A DNA stretch of 64,000 nt from Oikopleura dioica (Eukaryota > Animalia > Chordata): NCBI GenBank assembly GCA_907165135.1, contig OU015568.1, forward strand, positions 6,510,001 to 6,574,000, given 5' to 3'. Below, one piece after another: positions 33,143 through 49,096 of the stretch. The position numbers were made by a program, and so were the translations under genes. Numbering within the stretch: position 1 is the stretch's first letter; every line of letters starts with the position of its first letter. Under the pieces are notes generated by a model that was not told the DNA's origin, did no database searches, and worked only from the letters and a program-made list of their open reading frames with translations.

Positions 33143-33989
33143 GTTGATATTCTATTCTTGATTCTCTCTGGTAAATGATTCTGTTGGTCAAGCGTAGACT
33201 CTTTTGAATCGAAATGGCGCTGTTCAAAGCTCAATGTTTGAGAATGCCCAGGGCTTCAATGTTTCTTCTGGAAGTTTCTACTAATAGCTGTTGCTAAGGG
33301 ATTTTATGACCAACTACTGGAAGATATGAAACTGTCTGTGGATCAAGCAGTAAATTGAAACATTTCATGTTAACATTGAGGCGACCATGATTCATTTAAG
33401 ATTCTAACATGCAGAAAATTATTGAAATTCTTCATCTTATTTTATGAACTCATAGATTTGACCCGGAAGATACAATTTCAATAATTTTAATCACTAAATA
33501 TTCAATTTTAATCCTGCATAAGGGATAGTCTATGAAGCAGACTACCCTGTTCCAATAGCCGCTTATCGGAAGTCGTGCGTTCCGGCATATCCGTAACCAT
33601 CAGCAACGTAAACAACGGACAATATCAAACGCAAATAGTTGGTGTTCCTTGACCCCGATTCTCGAATCTAGCCGATTGTCGTCGAATTCACGGGCTATTG
33701 GAAAACAATCAGACAATGTATTTTAACAACGGTTGCTGAGTGTACTGTAGTTTCGTCGTTAATGACGTTACGCGTCGTTAAATTGTAACTATTCTACTTC
33801 AAATAAAACGATGGAATTGTCGGAGAAACCCTTGAAATCAACGAGGAGTTTTTGGGTTGATGATGTCATCAGTGAGATTGAATCTTGAACTTGATTCTTG
33901 ATGATCGTTTTTTAAATAAATATAAGCTCAAGAGAGGCCAGATTAGATTAAAATGCTTCTTTTTCAACTTATTTCGATCGCATCCGCTA

Positions 33990-35057
33990 GAAAAGCGTTG
34001 ATTATTGGCGGGTCGGGAGAATTTACGTCGAATCTAGATGTCATCCTCAATAATGGAACGATTGAGCTATCCGATAGAGAAGCAATGAGCGAACTTGGAG
34101 GAGGAACAGCCAAGTCTTATCAATGGTAAGAGAGGTTTTCTGCTGAAGAAGGTATTTTGAGGCATTGTTCCGTTCTTTTCCGTGGAGAGCCCTACATTAT
34201 CGGCGGTTTCCCAACTGCCTACTACGAGCAAGTCATCAAGTACAACGGATTCTACTGGATTCAAGTCGAACGATTACCAGAGCCGATTTTCGGCCAAATC
34301 TGCAGTGTCTTTGACGATCGGATTTGGGTTTGCGCAGGAAAGCACATTCTCGGTAAATCTTGAGCTTGAAATTGAAAGTTTGATTGATTTTAATCAAGGT
34401 CATTCGAATCGCAAATGCTTCCTTTTTGATGGAGAACACTGGAGTTCGATGAATTCCTATCAAGCGAGATCGCTAAGACCAGCTGGTGCAGTTTTACAAG
34501 ACGGATTTTATCTTATCGGTGGTGCTCACGAATCAGGAAACAGCTTTTCTTTCTTCGCACTAATTTAGGAGGTTTTCTCGAAAAGCTGAACAAGACCAAA
34601 CGACGCCTCTGAGAACAGTCGAGAAATGCACCCTTACTGGTTGTGTTCAGTCCTCTCTTTATCCCAAACCAAACAATATGGCCTCTGCAGTTTCTGTCAA
34701 CGGAACCATCTTCGTTTTCGGCGGCTACGATGGAGAGGACCTTCTACGAGAAATCTACAGTTTCGGAAGCTTCAGCGCAGGTATTCAATTTACCCGTAAG
34801 ATCATCATTACTGGCATTTTACAGCCTGGCGTCACGTGGGAAACCTCAACCGTCAACGAGCAGGACATCTGGTCCTTGCACTCGGAAAGTCGAACTTTCC
34901 GATCTTTTTGATTTTCGGCGGAAAGAATAAAAATGGAGAACCAAAGTGCGAAATTTTCAACCCACTTGTTTCACGAAGATCTCAAGAATTTTCGATTCCA
35001 GAGCTGGATGGAAGGAGAATTGGCGCTTCTACTGTTGTTCTTGAATCTTATCCTTGA
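33990..35057 (+). CDS. Kelch-like beta-propeller protein; 5' end not resolved
   Basis: Repeated hydrophobic-GG motifs LIIGG, YIIGG, YLIGG, FVFGG and LIFGG with W residues at kelch spacing, across short introns. Confidence 0.6.
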
Positions 35058-35307
35058 AATTTCATTTCTCGAAATAAAGTGACTTTCATCAGTAAAAATT
35101 TTCTATCTCACCGAAAATCAGAACCGCGGTACTTTTCTTGTAAATTATCGAGTTTTCTCGCGGTTTCCACTATTTTCCCGTCCCCCAATTTTCAAGTTTT
35201 TATTGGTCGAGCGCGCCAATAGTGAAACCGCGCTCCATTCATTCCGATTATCTGTCCCCTCCGCTCCTTTTGTTCCAAAAACTAAAATCTTCAAAATTCT
35301 AGAGTAG

Positions 35308-37347
<2,040 letters not shown>

Positions 37348-37620
37348 ACTATTTTATTTCATGCTCTTGCCAGCTCTCAAACTTGCAGCTTTACACACAG
37401 TTACGAACTAGCGAAAAAATCCATTTCTTCTTCATCTCCCCAGAATAACAACGTGGCAATATTTTAGTTGTACATAATTCCTTCGTTTCAGCTTTTTCTG
37501 AATATTTCATAGAATATTTCTTTCTGTTCCGAACATCGTCGTTCTTCAGTCCGAGTTTAAACTCTTCAAAACTGTAACTGTGTGTTTAATTTCAAAACTA
37601 AAGCGGGCTTTTTAGAGAAG

Positions 37621-38400
37621 ATGGTTCACTGGGTAGGTTTGGAATCGAATCCAGATGTCTTTTCGGATTACATTCACAAACTAGGAGTTGGTCCTCAATG
37701 GGTAAGTCTGCAACCCTGAGTTCTACAGGTTACTAAAGTGATCGTAGATGTTCACAGACGTCTTCGGATTCGACCCAGAACTGCTCATCATGATTCCCCA
37801 GCCCTGCAAGGCCTTCATCTTTCTCTACACAATCACTGAAAAAGCTGAGGAGCTCCGAAAATCACAAGAAGAATCGATGAAGGATCAACCTCGCCCAACA
37901 GAGCCATTCTGGATCAAACAAACGATCGGAAACGCATGTGGCACAATTGCTATCATCCACGCTCTTGGCAACTTGACCAAGTCGGGTGAAATCAGCCTGA
38001 GCGATGGAATCTTCAAAAAGTACTTGGAAGACATTAAAGATCTCAGCCCAGAAGAAGCAGGAGAGAAGTTGGAGTCGTCGGAAGATTTCGCCAACTGCCA
38101 TGCGGCGATTTCAACCTCTTCTGGAAATCAGACTTCCGCGCCGACGGCCGAGGAAAAGTTGCAGGATCATTTTATCGCCCTTGTCGAGGTCAATGGAACT
38201 CTCTATGAGGTAAGGAGGACCAAAAATGGTCGAAAAACGACGCTATCTTTTAGTTCGATGGTCGTAAGAATCGTGCAATCTCCCACGGCCCGACTTCTAG
38301 CGACACCTTCACAGCTGACGCTGCCGCCGTTTGCCAAAAGTTCATCTCACAAGATCCAACTGGAAAAAATTTCGCTGCCATGGCCCTTTGCAAGGATTAA
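37621..38400 (+). CDS. UCHL3: Ubiquitin C-terminal hydrolase, UCHL1/UCHL3 family
   Basis: WVGLESNPDVF, QTIGNACGTIAIIHA, HFIALVEVNGTLYE|FDGR. Confidence 0.92.
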
Positions 38401-38624
38401 AAATGAAAGAAAGAAACACTACTTATACTTCACTTCACTTATTTTCCTCACTTTGTCCTGCTCTTGCATGTTGATCCTCTTCGTGCATTATTGATAGAAG
38501 AAAAAAATGTGTTCAATGATTCTAGAGTTCAATTTGTTTGTTTTTCTGTGTGAATCACCGCTCAGTTTAGTTTGAACCTTCCTAATCGAAACATCGATTT
38601 AGATAAAAAAAAAAGAAAGAAAAG

Positions 38625-39088
38625 ATGGATGATCTTAACGAAAACGCCGAGCAGGGATTTGTCATCGACGAAGTCAACTCAGTTATCAAGGTATGAACTA
38701 GCGCTAGAACTGCTTTGAGCGTTCTTTTAGGAATCAATCGAAAACGTCGTCGGCTCATCACAATACGAAAGCGTCAAAATCGACATGTGGATGAACTCAA
38801 TCATTGAGCAGTGCATCGAAAACTTAACTAAACTCGACAAGCCTTATAAAGTAAGATATTACGGTAAATGCTCTCCTAGTCAATTTTCAGTATGTTGCTA
38901 CTGCTGTCATCATGCAAAAGACCGGAGCCGGCCTTCAAACTTCTTCATCATGCTACTGGGACAGTACAACTGACGGTAATTCGTTACAATTAGCTCTTCT
39001 TGACATCTTCTTTCTAGGATCCTGCACCGTGCGATGGGAGAACAAGACAATGTACTGTATCGTCTCAGTCTTTGGACTCAAGATTTAA
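38625..39088 (+). CDS. DYNLT1: Dynein light chain, Tctex type
   Basis: [24 protein letters not shown]...[21 protein letters not shown]...[15 protein letters not shown]. Could equally be DYNLT3-like. Confidence 0.9.
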
Positions 39089-39213
39089 AGAACGACTCCC
39101 CAAATCAATGATCACTTGACTGTAGTTTTATATAATATATATCTATATTTTTATTACCCACTGTGTCTGTATTGATTGCTTTCTTACAGTAGCTGACTGT
39201 TTGCAGTAGTAGA

Positions 39214-40531
39214 ATGCATGCGTTTTTGAAAGGAGGTAGCGGAGTGACAGGTTCTACCGGTGGGGAGAAGAAAAAAGCACCTCCTCGGTGAGTTTTTTTT
39301 TGGAATCAAGGAAGAGAACGAGAGATTTAAGGGTCCTCCCTTGGATTGAAAAGTACCGGCCTAAGGGAGTCAACGACGTATGCGCGCAAGAAGAAGTCGT
39401 TGCGATGCTCAAAGCCGTCCTCATCGAGGGCAAAGAGCTGCCAAATATGCTTTTCTATGGCCCTCCGGGAACGGGAAAGACGAGTACAATTCTGGCGATG
39501 GCGAGAGACATGTTTGGAAATTTGATGAAAGAGCGTGTTTGTGAGTTGAACGCTTCCGATGAAAGAGGAATCGCAGTCGTGCGCGAGAAGGTTAAAAATT
39601 TCGCCATGACGACGGCGAACTCGCAGCGAGCTGATGGAAAGAAATGCCCGAACTTCAAGTTGATCATCTTAGACGAGGCGGATTCAATGACCAAAAGCGC
39701 CCAGGTACGTAAATACGGAACTCGATGCCGTTTTTGAATAGCGCGTTGAAATAACTTACCATCAAAAAGTCATCAAACGGAAACTTTTCAGGAAGCGCTG
39801 AGGCGAACAATGGAAGTCTATTCAAAGGGGACCCGTTTTTGTCTTCTTTGCAACTATGTGTCCAGAATCATCGACCCCGTATGTATCATGTGACCCACAT
39901 CAAGCCCTTTGAATATTTAATGGCTTCAGATTACCTCGAGAACTGCGAAATTCCGCTTCCGACTTTTGCCAAAAGAAATTCAATACAATCAAATTCGACA
40001 TATCAAGGAAGTCGAAAACGTTAACATTTCTGAAAACGCCGTGGAAGAGCTCATTTCAGGTTTCTTTCCTAAATATATCGAGCGATTAAAATCGATTCTA
40101 GTGGCTGCGGGAGACATGAGACGAGCTGTAAACTTTCTCCAATCGCTTCATCGTCTCCATGCGGAGGAAATTACGCCTGATGACGTTCGAGATGTGGCAA
40201 TTCTCTGTCCTGATGGAAAGATTAGTGAAGTGGTCAACTCAGCGCGGAGCAAGTCGTACGACAACTTGGTCAGCAAAGTTAAGGGGCTTCTCCAGGTTCT
40301 CTATTTCTTCCCCTTCGTCTTTTTCAACCCTTTTAGGACGGCTACCCAGCTTGCCAGTTCATGGAACAGCTCATGGACGCGATTATTGCCGATGAAGGGA
40401 TCGAAGACGGCCAGAAAGTCAACATCATCAACCAAATCGGAAAGGCGGATCATGCGCTGACCGATGGCTCGGATGAAAATGTTCAAATGATGGCGATTGT
40501 ATCGGTCCTTCAGCGTGAACTCAGCCGATAG
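39214..40531 (+). CDS. RFC4: Replication factor C subunit 4
   Basis: [62 protein letters not shown]. Confidence 0.95.
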
Positions 40532-41110
40532 AAAAAAGAGAAAGAACCATTTTTCCATTTTAGCTCAATTATCTTTAGATTCACTGCCTTTAAAAATCCA
40601 CTCACAATATAAATACATGTTTTACTGAAAAATTCTTGAGTTGACCTTTCGTTTTAAAAGTTGAAGGAAAATTTCGTGAATGTACAACTCTCTATCAGTA
40701 TCTATGGCAACGCGCGGCGAAAGAAATGTTTATCCATTTGCACCAAACAACTCCATTTCAATTCAGAGAAGAAAAGTGTGAGAGAGACAGACAATCGGAA
40801 GTGCCAGCTGTGAGCGTTGAAAAAAAATGCCCGACACAGACGACGCGTTTTCGGACTCTGATCAGTCGTTTTCAGCGCGTTCAAAAAGCAGATCCCCGAC
40901 CAGATCACCCAGTTACTCCAAAAGTAGTAGGAGGGCGACGGAACAGTATTCAGACTACAGGTAAGCGCGCTATGGAAGAAAATGTCCAGTCTTATTTTGA
41001 AAGCATTTTTTTGCAAAAATGACTTTCTGCGCTCGTTTCTAGAACGATTAATTGACAACTTTTTTTCGCAAGAAACGGTCATTAGTTCGTAGAAGGAGCC
41101 TCTACTTTTC

Positions 41111-41545
41111 ATGGGGTTTTGGAACAAGTCTAAACAGACTACGCCCAAAAAACACTCCCCTGTGGCTTCCCCAGAGCCACAGACTGATTATGAAACCACT
41201 TTTGTGTAAGTCAACTGTTCACTAAATGTTTTTATTGTCGTTATTCCAACCTTCTTCATTAGCGATACCGACGTCTCCAAAACCCGCAGCCCAAGTCCCT
41301 ACACGACCGATGACGAGACCCGTGCACCATCGATAGAACCATCCTTCGCGCCATCCATCAAACGTAAAAGCAACCAGTCTAGTAGTATTAAAAGGAATCG
41401 GTTTCAACTTCTCAAAGTTGATCAGCTGTCATCAGTAATTTTTCATGCTTCAGGCCATCTCTCTCTCTCTCTCTCTTTTGTAGATACAGGAGTATATTCC
41501 TCGCTAAGTGGGCACTTGAGGCCTCTCTCTCCGGATTCAGCATAA
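41111..41545 (+). CDS. Uncharacterised Ser/Pro-rich small protein; upstream exons near 40704 possible
   Basis: MGFWNKSKQTTPKKHSPVASPEPQTDYETTFV|DTDVSKTRSPSPYTTDDE... joined in frame across a GT-AG intron. No recognisable domain. Confidence 0.4.
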
Positions 41546-42319
41546 AGTGCCTTGAGCCATATGTATAAATATTTCTCCATTTTTCCCCGTTTTAATTATT
41601 AAGCTCTCGGCCCTTCTGATAGTTTCCTACTATCAGAAGAGCTAGAACTAGTCAGAAAAAATATCAAATGAGAGTTGAAGTTCGAGTCGCTCAGCTCGAG
41701 CTCATGTCAAAGCTCAAAATAAAATACCCCCTGCTAGAGAAAATACAAGGCAATACCCGCCCAGCAAGGGATTTTAGCAGAAGAGACTCGATTGATACCA
41801 ACTTTACGGAGATTTCATTGCGCTCAATTGAAAACCTTGAGAAAAATTGCTCAGTTGAGAATAGGCAAGAGTTCATCAAACAAGAATTTTCTTACAGTAG
41901 CGTTTTTGCAAATATTTGACGGTGTTTTATGAACTTGATGTTTTTTGTCTTGAAGAGAGTGTATCTCAGGGCTCTTCAAAAAGCGAGCACCTCGATTTGC
42001 CCGAGAATTTCGAGCAAATTCCTATTTTGCCGCCTCTCGAGAAACGCTCTTCCACTCCCTGCGATTCTCCTCCTGTAACTCAGGCAGATTCAGGGTACAA
42101 CACTTCGAACCCTCCATCATCCCTTCCTCCGAAAACTCTATCTCCTCAGTGACGGGTCAAAAGAGCCTCAAAACGACCATTTTGAGTCTATTTTGCGTCT
42201 CAGGTTTTCAACCCTAAGAGAAGTTTTTCGCAGAAATAGATGAAAAGTGCCCGGATTTTCTAGAACGGGAAAGTATTGATGAAAATTTTCACGACATTGA
42301 GAGTGGTTTATCTACTCTG

Positions 42320-45032
42320 ATGGGGGGTTACGATTCGCTCGATGATTTTGAAACCGATAGTAGAAGTAGCCACTCGAATGCGCCAGCTGAAGCCAACAGA
42401 AGTCACCTCACCTCGGCAGCAAAATCGAATGTAAGTTTCTCTTTCAACCTTTTTCCATGAAAATTTCCGTTGACTCTTCCTGGCCTTTACAATTTAAATT
42501 AAATTGAAGTCGTTTTAAATTCATTTTTCCCTCGAAAATTACCTCTACTTTTAACAGCAAGAAAAGCTACCGAGCATAACATCCAAACGATCAACTCCTT
42601 ACGGAAATATAACCACTAGAAATGGGTATATAATGGTAAGAATACATGTAATCAAACATCTATTTGAATCAATCAATCATTTTTGCGTTGTCGATTTAGC
42701 CGCTCGATTTTGTCAGAAAATCATTCCTATGTATACATGCTTATCGATAATTTGTGTGCACAAATGAAGTCCGCAATAGATTGTTTGTTGGCAAGTCTTA
42801 CTTTTCTAACTTTATGAATTTCAGGTTGGCAAGCACAAGAAAGGCAAAAAGGCTTCAAATACTTCACTAAACAATTCAAATTACACGAAATTGGATCCCG
42901 TCACGGCGCGTATTTTGTCAGCGCAAAAGAAGAAACGCAATCAGACCCAGAACGAAGCCGGTCAGATTCGCATTCGCAACCAGCAGCTCGAGTACGAACT
43001 CAAGGTACGAACTCTTTCAGCAACAGTTTTTAGTCGATGCTTCAAATTTTTGATTGTCTTCCTTGATTTCAACAAACCCCTTAGTCGCTGAGAATCCAGT
43101 GCATTCGTCAAGAAAAAGCTCTCGCTGGATTCGAAAACACCCAAAGCGCTCTTCCTCAAGTGCTCCAGCAGTACGAGGACGACAAGCGCGTACTCAAGGA
43201 CCGTCTGCGCAAGGCCAAGGAGTCCGAGCGACGACTTGAGCGCGACAAAAAACGACTCGAGGATGACAAGCACCGACAAGACCGAAAGATCAAGGACTTG
43301 AAGCAAAAAGTGAAGGCTGGCCATCTCGATGAGCGATTTGAGCTGCAACAGAAGCTCACTGAAGCTGAGCAGGCCGCGGAACAGGCTCTGATTGAGCTGG
43401 AAGAGGCCAAGAAGAATGCGCGACTCCAACTTCAAGGTACGCTTATTTCAGTAAATCGCAGTCGCCAACCCTTTGTTTAGCTCTTGAACGAGAATTGAAG
43501 AAGGAAACCCGCCGCCGAGTCAAGGCCGAATCCTCCGCCCAAGCTTCAACGGATGAAGTCGACCGCCTCCGATCCACGATCAAGGAGAAGGAGCGACAAC
43601 TCGGAGTTCTCAATATCTACTCCCAGAAGCGAAAGGCCAAGTCTCAGTAAGTATTTAACCAAAACAACAAATCATGCTGACACTTGCTCTAGAAGATCGC
43701 CACGGCGACCACGGGATCGCACGGAATATGTTTTTAAGTCATTCGACTTTAATTCAAGCTTTAAGACTTTTAACAGGTGCTTTGACCGCATTTACCAACC
43801 CGCAAGTCAATTATATTTTTCTACCGATTTGAATAATTAATAACTGATTTCAATTTTTTCAGCAACACGTCCCTTGCGTTGGAGCCCTCTGCCTCTCCAC
43901 GTCCCTATTCCAAGCGAGAGGAGCGACCTGTGCCAGCGTTCACGACTCCCTTGCCCGCTGCGAGCTCACCAAGACCTCAAAGCCAGCCAAAGGTGTTCAT
44001 GACGGAGCCGGAGGAAACCAAGATCTCCCTTCCCGTCGCCAAGCCTGAACCCGTCGTTGAGCAGCGAGAACCAACCCCAGAGCCATCTCCTCTTCCTCCT
44101 TCTCCAGCTCCCGCTCCCACCAACGAGGAGAAGACCAACGACATCCTCGACGATCTTTTGGGGCTGAACACGAAGAAAGAAAAAGGCACGGATTTGAAGC
44201 GCAAGCTTTCTTTTAAATTTTTACGTAGATACAAGGTGTAGTTTCTGTAACTCAGCAAAAAACTCGGTGATGGTTTTCAAGTGACTGATTACCGAATAAA
44301 TTTTATCACAAATTATTGAGTCTCATTAATCCTTCAAAAGACCCTTCCCCTCTTCCCCCAGCATCTCCCCAGCTCTTGGATCTCCCCGTCGCTAAAGAGG
44401 AGAAAAAGACCATCCCCAACTTTTTCGATGATGAGCCGGATGAGAAAAAGGATGATATCCTCGCGGATTTGAGAGATCTTCACGCTCAAGCACCTGCAAA
44501 GGAGCCCGAAGAGAAGAAGAATAACATCCTCAACATCTTCGACGATGCTCCCGAGCCCAAGATCGATCCTAAGGAGAAGAAACAACAGTCCGTCTTGGAC
44601 GATATCTTCGGAGACACGCAGAAAGGTACGTTGAAATGATAGCAAGGAAGAGAACCTAAACTCGATGATTTAGAGAAAGAAGTTGATGATTTGGACGCGT
44701 TCTTGGGAATCAAGCAGGAGAAAAAGAGCCAGCGGAAGGAGTACAACTTTACTCCCTCCGTGAATAACTTGCACGAAGGCAAGGCTGCAAATGGCTACGA
44801 ACCGGCACCTAAGAAAAAAGGTGCAAGGACGCTCATTTATCAAAACTTAATTCATAATAAGTACTCAGCGCATGCTTAATTTAATGTCTTATCGAGTCGA
44901 TAAAACATCATCCTCTTACCGAATTCAAGTTCATCTTTTCATTCTATTTTATTTTAGAAAACCTGATTGACAATCTTTTTGGAACAACCGGTACGTCCCC
45001 TGTGAAAACACCCTCACAATCATCCAGGATAG
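42320..45032 (+). CDS. LCA5: Lebercilin-like ciliary coiled-coil protein; both ends approximate
   Basis: DPVTARILSA, RQEKALAGFE, LKDRLRKAKESER, KEKERQLGVLNIYS and KKENLIDNLFG parallel the lebercilin motifs TKRILSA, RQEKALNKFE, KEKERELDIKNIYS and ANLMEQLFG. Confidence 0.82.
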
Positions 45033-45985
45033 GGATAAGAATCACTGCTATTCTTTCCCTTGCATAATTTGAAATTCATCACATTAGCCTTCAAATACCT
45101 TTCAGTAGTAGTTTTCATCAATCAAAATCACAAATTGTTCTCAAGCAAAAGTTGCCAAAGCAAAGCTTATTCTTTGCTTCGCTTCTTTTTCTACCACGAT
45201 TCATGAGTAATTGATTACTGCTATGAAAAATTCCATCCATTATAAAGTTTCTTCTCAGACTTTGATGAAGATCTGGAATATGTCTACTGACATTCGAGAA
45301 AGAAATTCTCATCCCTTGCGAAAGAAAGAACTCAATCAAGGACTTTTTGTTTTGACGAATCCATTCCAAGTTGCCTCATCGCCCGCGAGATCTGATGCCT
45401 CCCCCTCAGCGAAATTTATAATAATATTTTTATCATTTATACTCCCAGAAAGAATTATGCTGAAATTTACATTTTTGTACAGCGAAACATTTTATTTTCA
45501 TACACTGAACAAAGAAAATACAGAAAATTCATTTTCGTAAACGATTTGTGTCTGTCTTTGTGTCTCTTTTTCTTTATGCAGCAGGGCCGAATACAGGGCA
45601 TATTAGCATCTCAAACGAGTGATGGGGAAATATGTTCGAAACTAAAGCCGATCGATTTTCACTCCAGAGGAGGGAATATTGTCATCACGCAGAATAAAGT
45701 AAGAGCGGTTTCAAATCCGAATTCAGAGCACTTCCAACATCAAATTTGTCCATAGGTAGTGTTAGATCTATAACAGAGTCAAAAACGAACTGAAGGGAGC
45801 AATTTTTCTTAAGCTCTTCAGGAGCTATTTCCGCTTACTCGTTCAAATTTTAAAGAAAATGCAGAGTTTCAGACTAAATCAAAGTATTCACGAAGCAATC
45901 ATGAGACCGTCTTTGACTAATGCCTTGTCTTCTTTAGATTGGTCTCTGGAGCGTTTGAGAAAGAGAATCTTCTGTTCGGCAGATC

Positions 45986-46802
45986 ATGTCGAATCGTCGC
46001 GGTGATCGGAGAGCCCGTGCGGCCGCGCCTATTCCTGATGTTAATTACGGATTTAACGGACTTTTTTATTTTACGATTAATGTGAAAAGGAACACTTTTA
46101 ATCCCAACAAGGTTACAATTGATAATCATCGGCGACAGTGGAGTGGGGAAGACGAGCTTTATGGATCGCTTCGTCGATTCATCCCAGGCGGAATTTCGTC
46201 AGAGCTTCAATCCGACCGTGGGTATCGATTTCAAAGTCAAAAATATTCTCGTTGATGATAAGCGCGTCAAGCTGCAGATCTGGGATACCGCCGGTCAGGA
46301 GAAGTTCAATTCGATCACAACTGCGTACTACAGGTTCTTTCCCACTCCCTCCCAATTTTCAACCCTTTTCGTAGAAGCGCAAGGGGAGCAATAATAATGT
46401 ATGATGTTACTCGACCACAGACATTCAAATCAATAGAAAAATGGTACCAGCTTATGTCTGACCATGGCAGAGGAGATGTAGAAGTCGCCTTGGTTGGGAA
46501 CAAATGCGACTTGAACAGCGACAAAAAAGTTGACTCCAAGCAGGGAGAAAGCACCGCGACAGAGTTAGGCTGTCATTTTTATGAATCTAGCGCCAAAGGT
46601 TAGCTAATAACGAGATTCAAATTTTGGAGCTGGTTCTTTAGACAATTTAAATATCGAAAATGTATTCATGGGCTTGGTGCGCAATATCCTCGTGAACATG
46701 CCCCTGGAGCGACCGCCCGACGCCGCCGGTGATAGAGGATCGACGGCAACTCTGAGTCTTGAATCGAAGCCCCTCCCCAGCGGCGGTTCTTGCCCCTGTT
46801 GA
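45986..46802 (+). CDS. Rab GTPase, Rab3/Rab8-like
   Basis: [38 protein letters not shown], and a C-terminal CPC prenylation motif. Confidence 0.92.
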
Positions 46803-47099
46803 GCGAAAAGAAAAAGTCTAATCGTTAATCTATTCTATATTTTCCAATTTTCCTTATCTCATCTTCAAAACTACATAAATTTTTGTCCACCACTTTTTTC
46901 TCTGTAATTTGTTGCTACTGTATTTCCGACTGGAACAAAAAAAAAATGAAGATAAAAAGAATGAAACCAACTTTTCAAGTAGCAAAATCTATTATTTTCA
47001 TTATGCAGAGCTCTATTCTACCACACATGTGACATGTCATGCCCGTAAATTAAATATCTTTCTATTCCTGGACCCTTTTCTCAAAGAAAGTCTCATAGA

Positions 47100-48268
47100 A
47101 TGGTTGATAGAAAGTACTCTGCCGAGGAACTTGTCTCTGATGGAGTCAGCAAGAAGGACATCGTCAATGAGCTCCATGGTAGGTCGAGTGCAGCTCGAAA
47201 ATTCCTAGTAAAAGAGCTCAAAGTACGGGTGATTCTTACCCACACCTTTAAGGTTTTTTACTTCAATTTCCGAACATTCATCGATTTATTTTCATCTCTC
47301 TCTGTCTTTGTTTCTCGGAAAATGATGTTTTGCCCTCGGAAGGGCTGTTTATAAACCCTCCAGATGAATCATTATTGTCAGTAGCAGCACCTTGTGGCTG
47401 AAAAATATTGTTGTGTCTGTGGGAATCTTGGGGAATGTGTTATCAGCGCAAAAACCCGGCTTCAAGCGAATTCAGCGCTATTTGATTATGAGAAGGATCA
47501 TGCGCAGTGCGGATTAACACGCGATCAAGCACCTTCCAGGGTTGTTTTTTCGCCGTTTTGGTCGGATTTATGTTCGTCTTTCTAAGTTCTATTTATAGCT
47601 CATGGGGCGGAAGCCTTCCTCCTCGAAATGAAGGTCCTTGGTTCTGTCAAAAACGTGGCTAAAAAGCCAAAAGAAGATCTAATCAAGGCTTATGAAAAGA
47701 TGTACGAAGATGGTGCTTTCAAGGTTGCTTCCTAAAAATCCATCAAACTGCTTTGACAAAAATTCTAGGGCTCCGAAGCTGACGTAGAACTAGTGAAGCA
47801 AGTTGCGACTGTCAAAGTGACTGAAGAAAAGAAAGACGATGGACCACCTAAGTTCAAGAAACGCATCATCAAGAAATCGCCCAACAAAGATGCTCGCCGA
47901 CCCAACAAGGGCGAAAAGATCGGCTGTTATTACATTGGAAGGTTGGACGGCCCCGATGGCAAGATTTTCGATCAGCTTCAGCCGCAGCGACGAGGAAGTC
48001 AGACGCTGAACTTTAAAGTCGGAACTGGACGGGTTATTCGAGGTTCGTACTTGAGCGACTCAAGTTTACCCAGTTTTTTCGGATAGAAATGGAATCAAAC
48101 CCCTATTTTTCAGGCTGGGATGAAGCTCTACTGACAATGCAAACAGGCGAAGTCGCCGGAGTGACCATCGAGCCCGAGTGGGCGTACGGAAAGAAAGGCC
48201 AGCCTGAAGCTGGAATCGGCCCCAATCAAACTCTTTACTTTGAAATTACTCTCGATAGAATCGGTTAA
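47100..48268 (+). CDS. FKBP3: FKBP25/FKBP3 peptidyl-prolyl isomerase
   Basis: N-terminal helical domain SKKDIVNELHAHG...VLGSVKNVAKK, then GPPKFKKRIIKK and FKVGTGRVIRGWDEALLTM...EPEWAYGKKGQP. Confidence 0.92.
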
Positions 48269-48476
48269 CCCGTTTCGTCCCTGCTTTCCTGGACTGCCTA
48301 TCTATTATACAGTGTAACTCTAATTTTCTTTATCATGACTTTTTCGGCTTTAAAAAAAGTCGAGAGAAATTACTGTTCTATCCGCATAATCGAGCTGCTA
48401 CCAGAATTTCGCTAGAAGAATAAATTGTATCTTCTTCGCCAATAAAGAATTTCTATCTCAAAAAGTCTGCGCTAGA

Positions 48477-49096
48477 ATGTCGGATTTGGGGATAGTTGAC
48501 GATCAAAGTGCCTCATACTTGGACATTGATGATATTTTGATGACAGAAAACAAGATCTCCTGCCGAGCGAGATACGATCTTGTAGATCTTGAGCTCCGAA
48601 GGTACCTCTTTCCTCATTCATTCCTGCCTGGAAATAATGATTTTAAGAACGGCAGAGGACTTCCATGAGGGAAAGAAAGTGGATCTCCCAATTTGGATGG
48701 CAATGAGGCTCAACGAATTCTTCCGCCACGAGATTCCAAAACAATACAACACTCATTTCCAAGGCATTTTGAATGCTGATCCAGAAGTCGTAAATTTGCA
48801 TAAAGAGGGTCCAAAATACTTTGCCATGGGACTGCAGGTTGGTAGAAACGCACTTCAACAGCACTTTTTGAGCGCGGGAATTTCAGTTGACGAGTGAGAA
48901 CTTCGATTTTGCTGACGACGAGGACATTATCAACATGTGCCAAACTCTACTTCAAGCGTCGGCGCGGCGAGTCAGCTGGATTAGCGATATGGCCGCCGCC
49001 GACCATTATCAACAGTCGAAGGTTGATTCCAAACTCGACGATATGGAAAAGGTATTTTTGGAATTTACAAGCTCGACAAGTTCCCATGGCGACTAA
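48477..49096 (+). CDS. GINS3: GINS complex subunit Psf3; 3' end approximate
   Basis: YLDIDDILMT, GKKVDLPIWMA, EIPKQY...ILNADPEVVNLHKEGPKYF, KLDDMEK. Confidence 0.88.

Noticed and set aside
33200-33950. Short open frames on both strands between the tandem GST and the kelch-like gene
   Set aside because: No consistent spliced model or motif could be built. They may be 5' exons of the kelch gene.
41458-41477. (CT)n microsatellite
   Set aside because: Short, and serves as a polypyrimidine tract before an acceptor. Ordinary.
41668-42152. ORFs upstream of LCA5
   Set aside because: Low-complexity, with no domain. They could be extra 5' exons of LCA5 or a separate gene, but neither can be supported from sequence alone.
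42177-42190. ccatttttgagtc, resembling part of the Oikopleura spliced-leader sequence as I recall it
   Set aside because: Only about 13 nt match, the rest diverges, and no donor or Sm site follows. Probably chance.
42962-43435. 157-aa Leu-rich antisense ORF
   Set aside because: Typical antisense shadow of the Glu/Lys-rich LCA5 coiled coil.
45100-45950. 60-110 aa ORFs between LCA5 and the Rab gene
   Set aside because: No motif, codon bias or coherent splice model.
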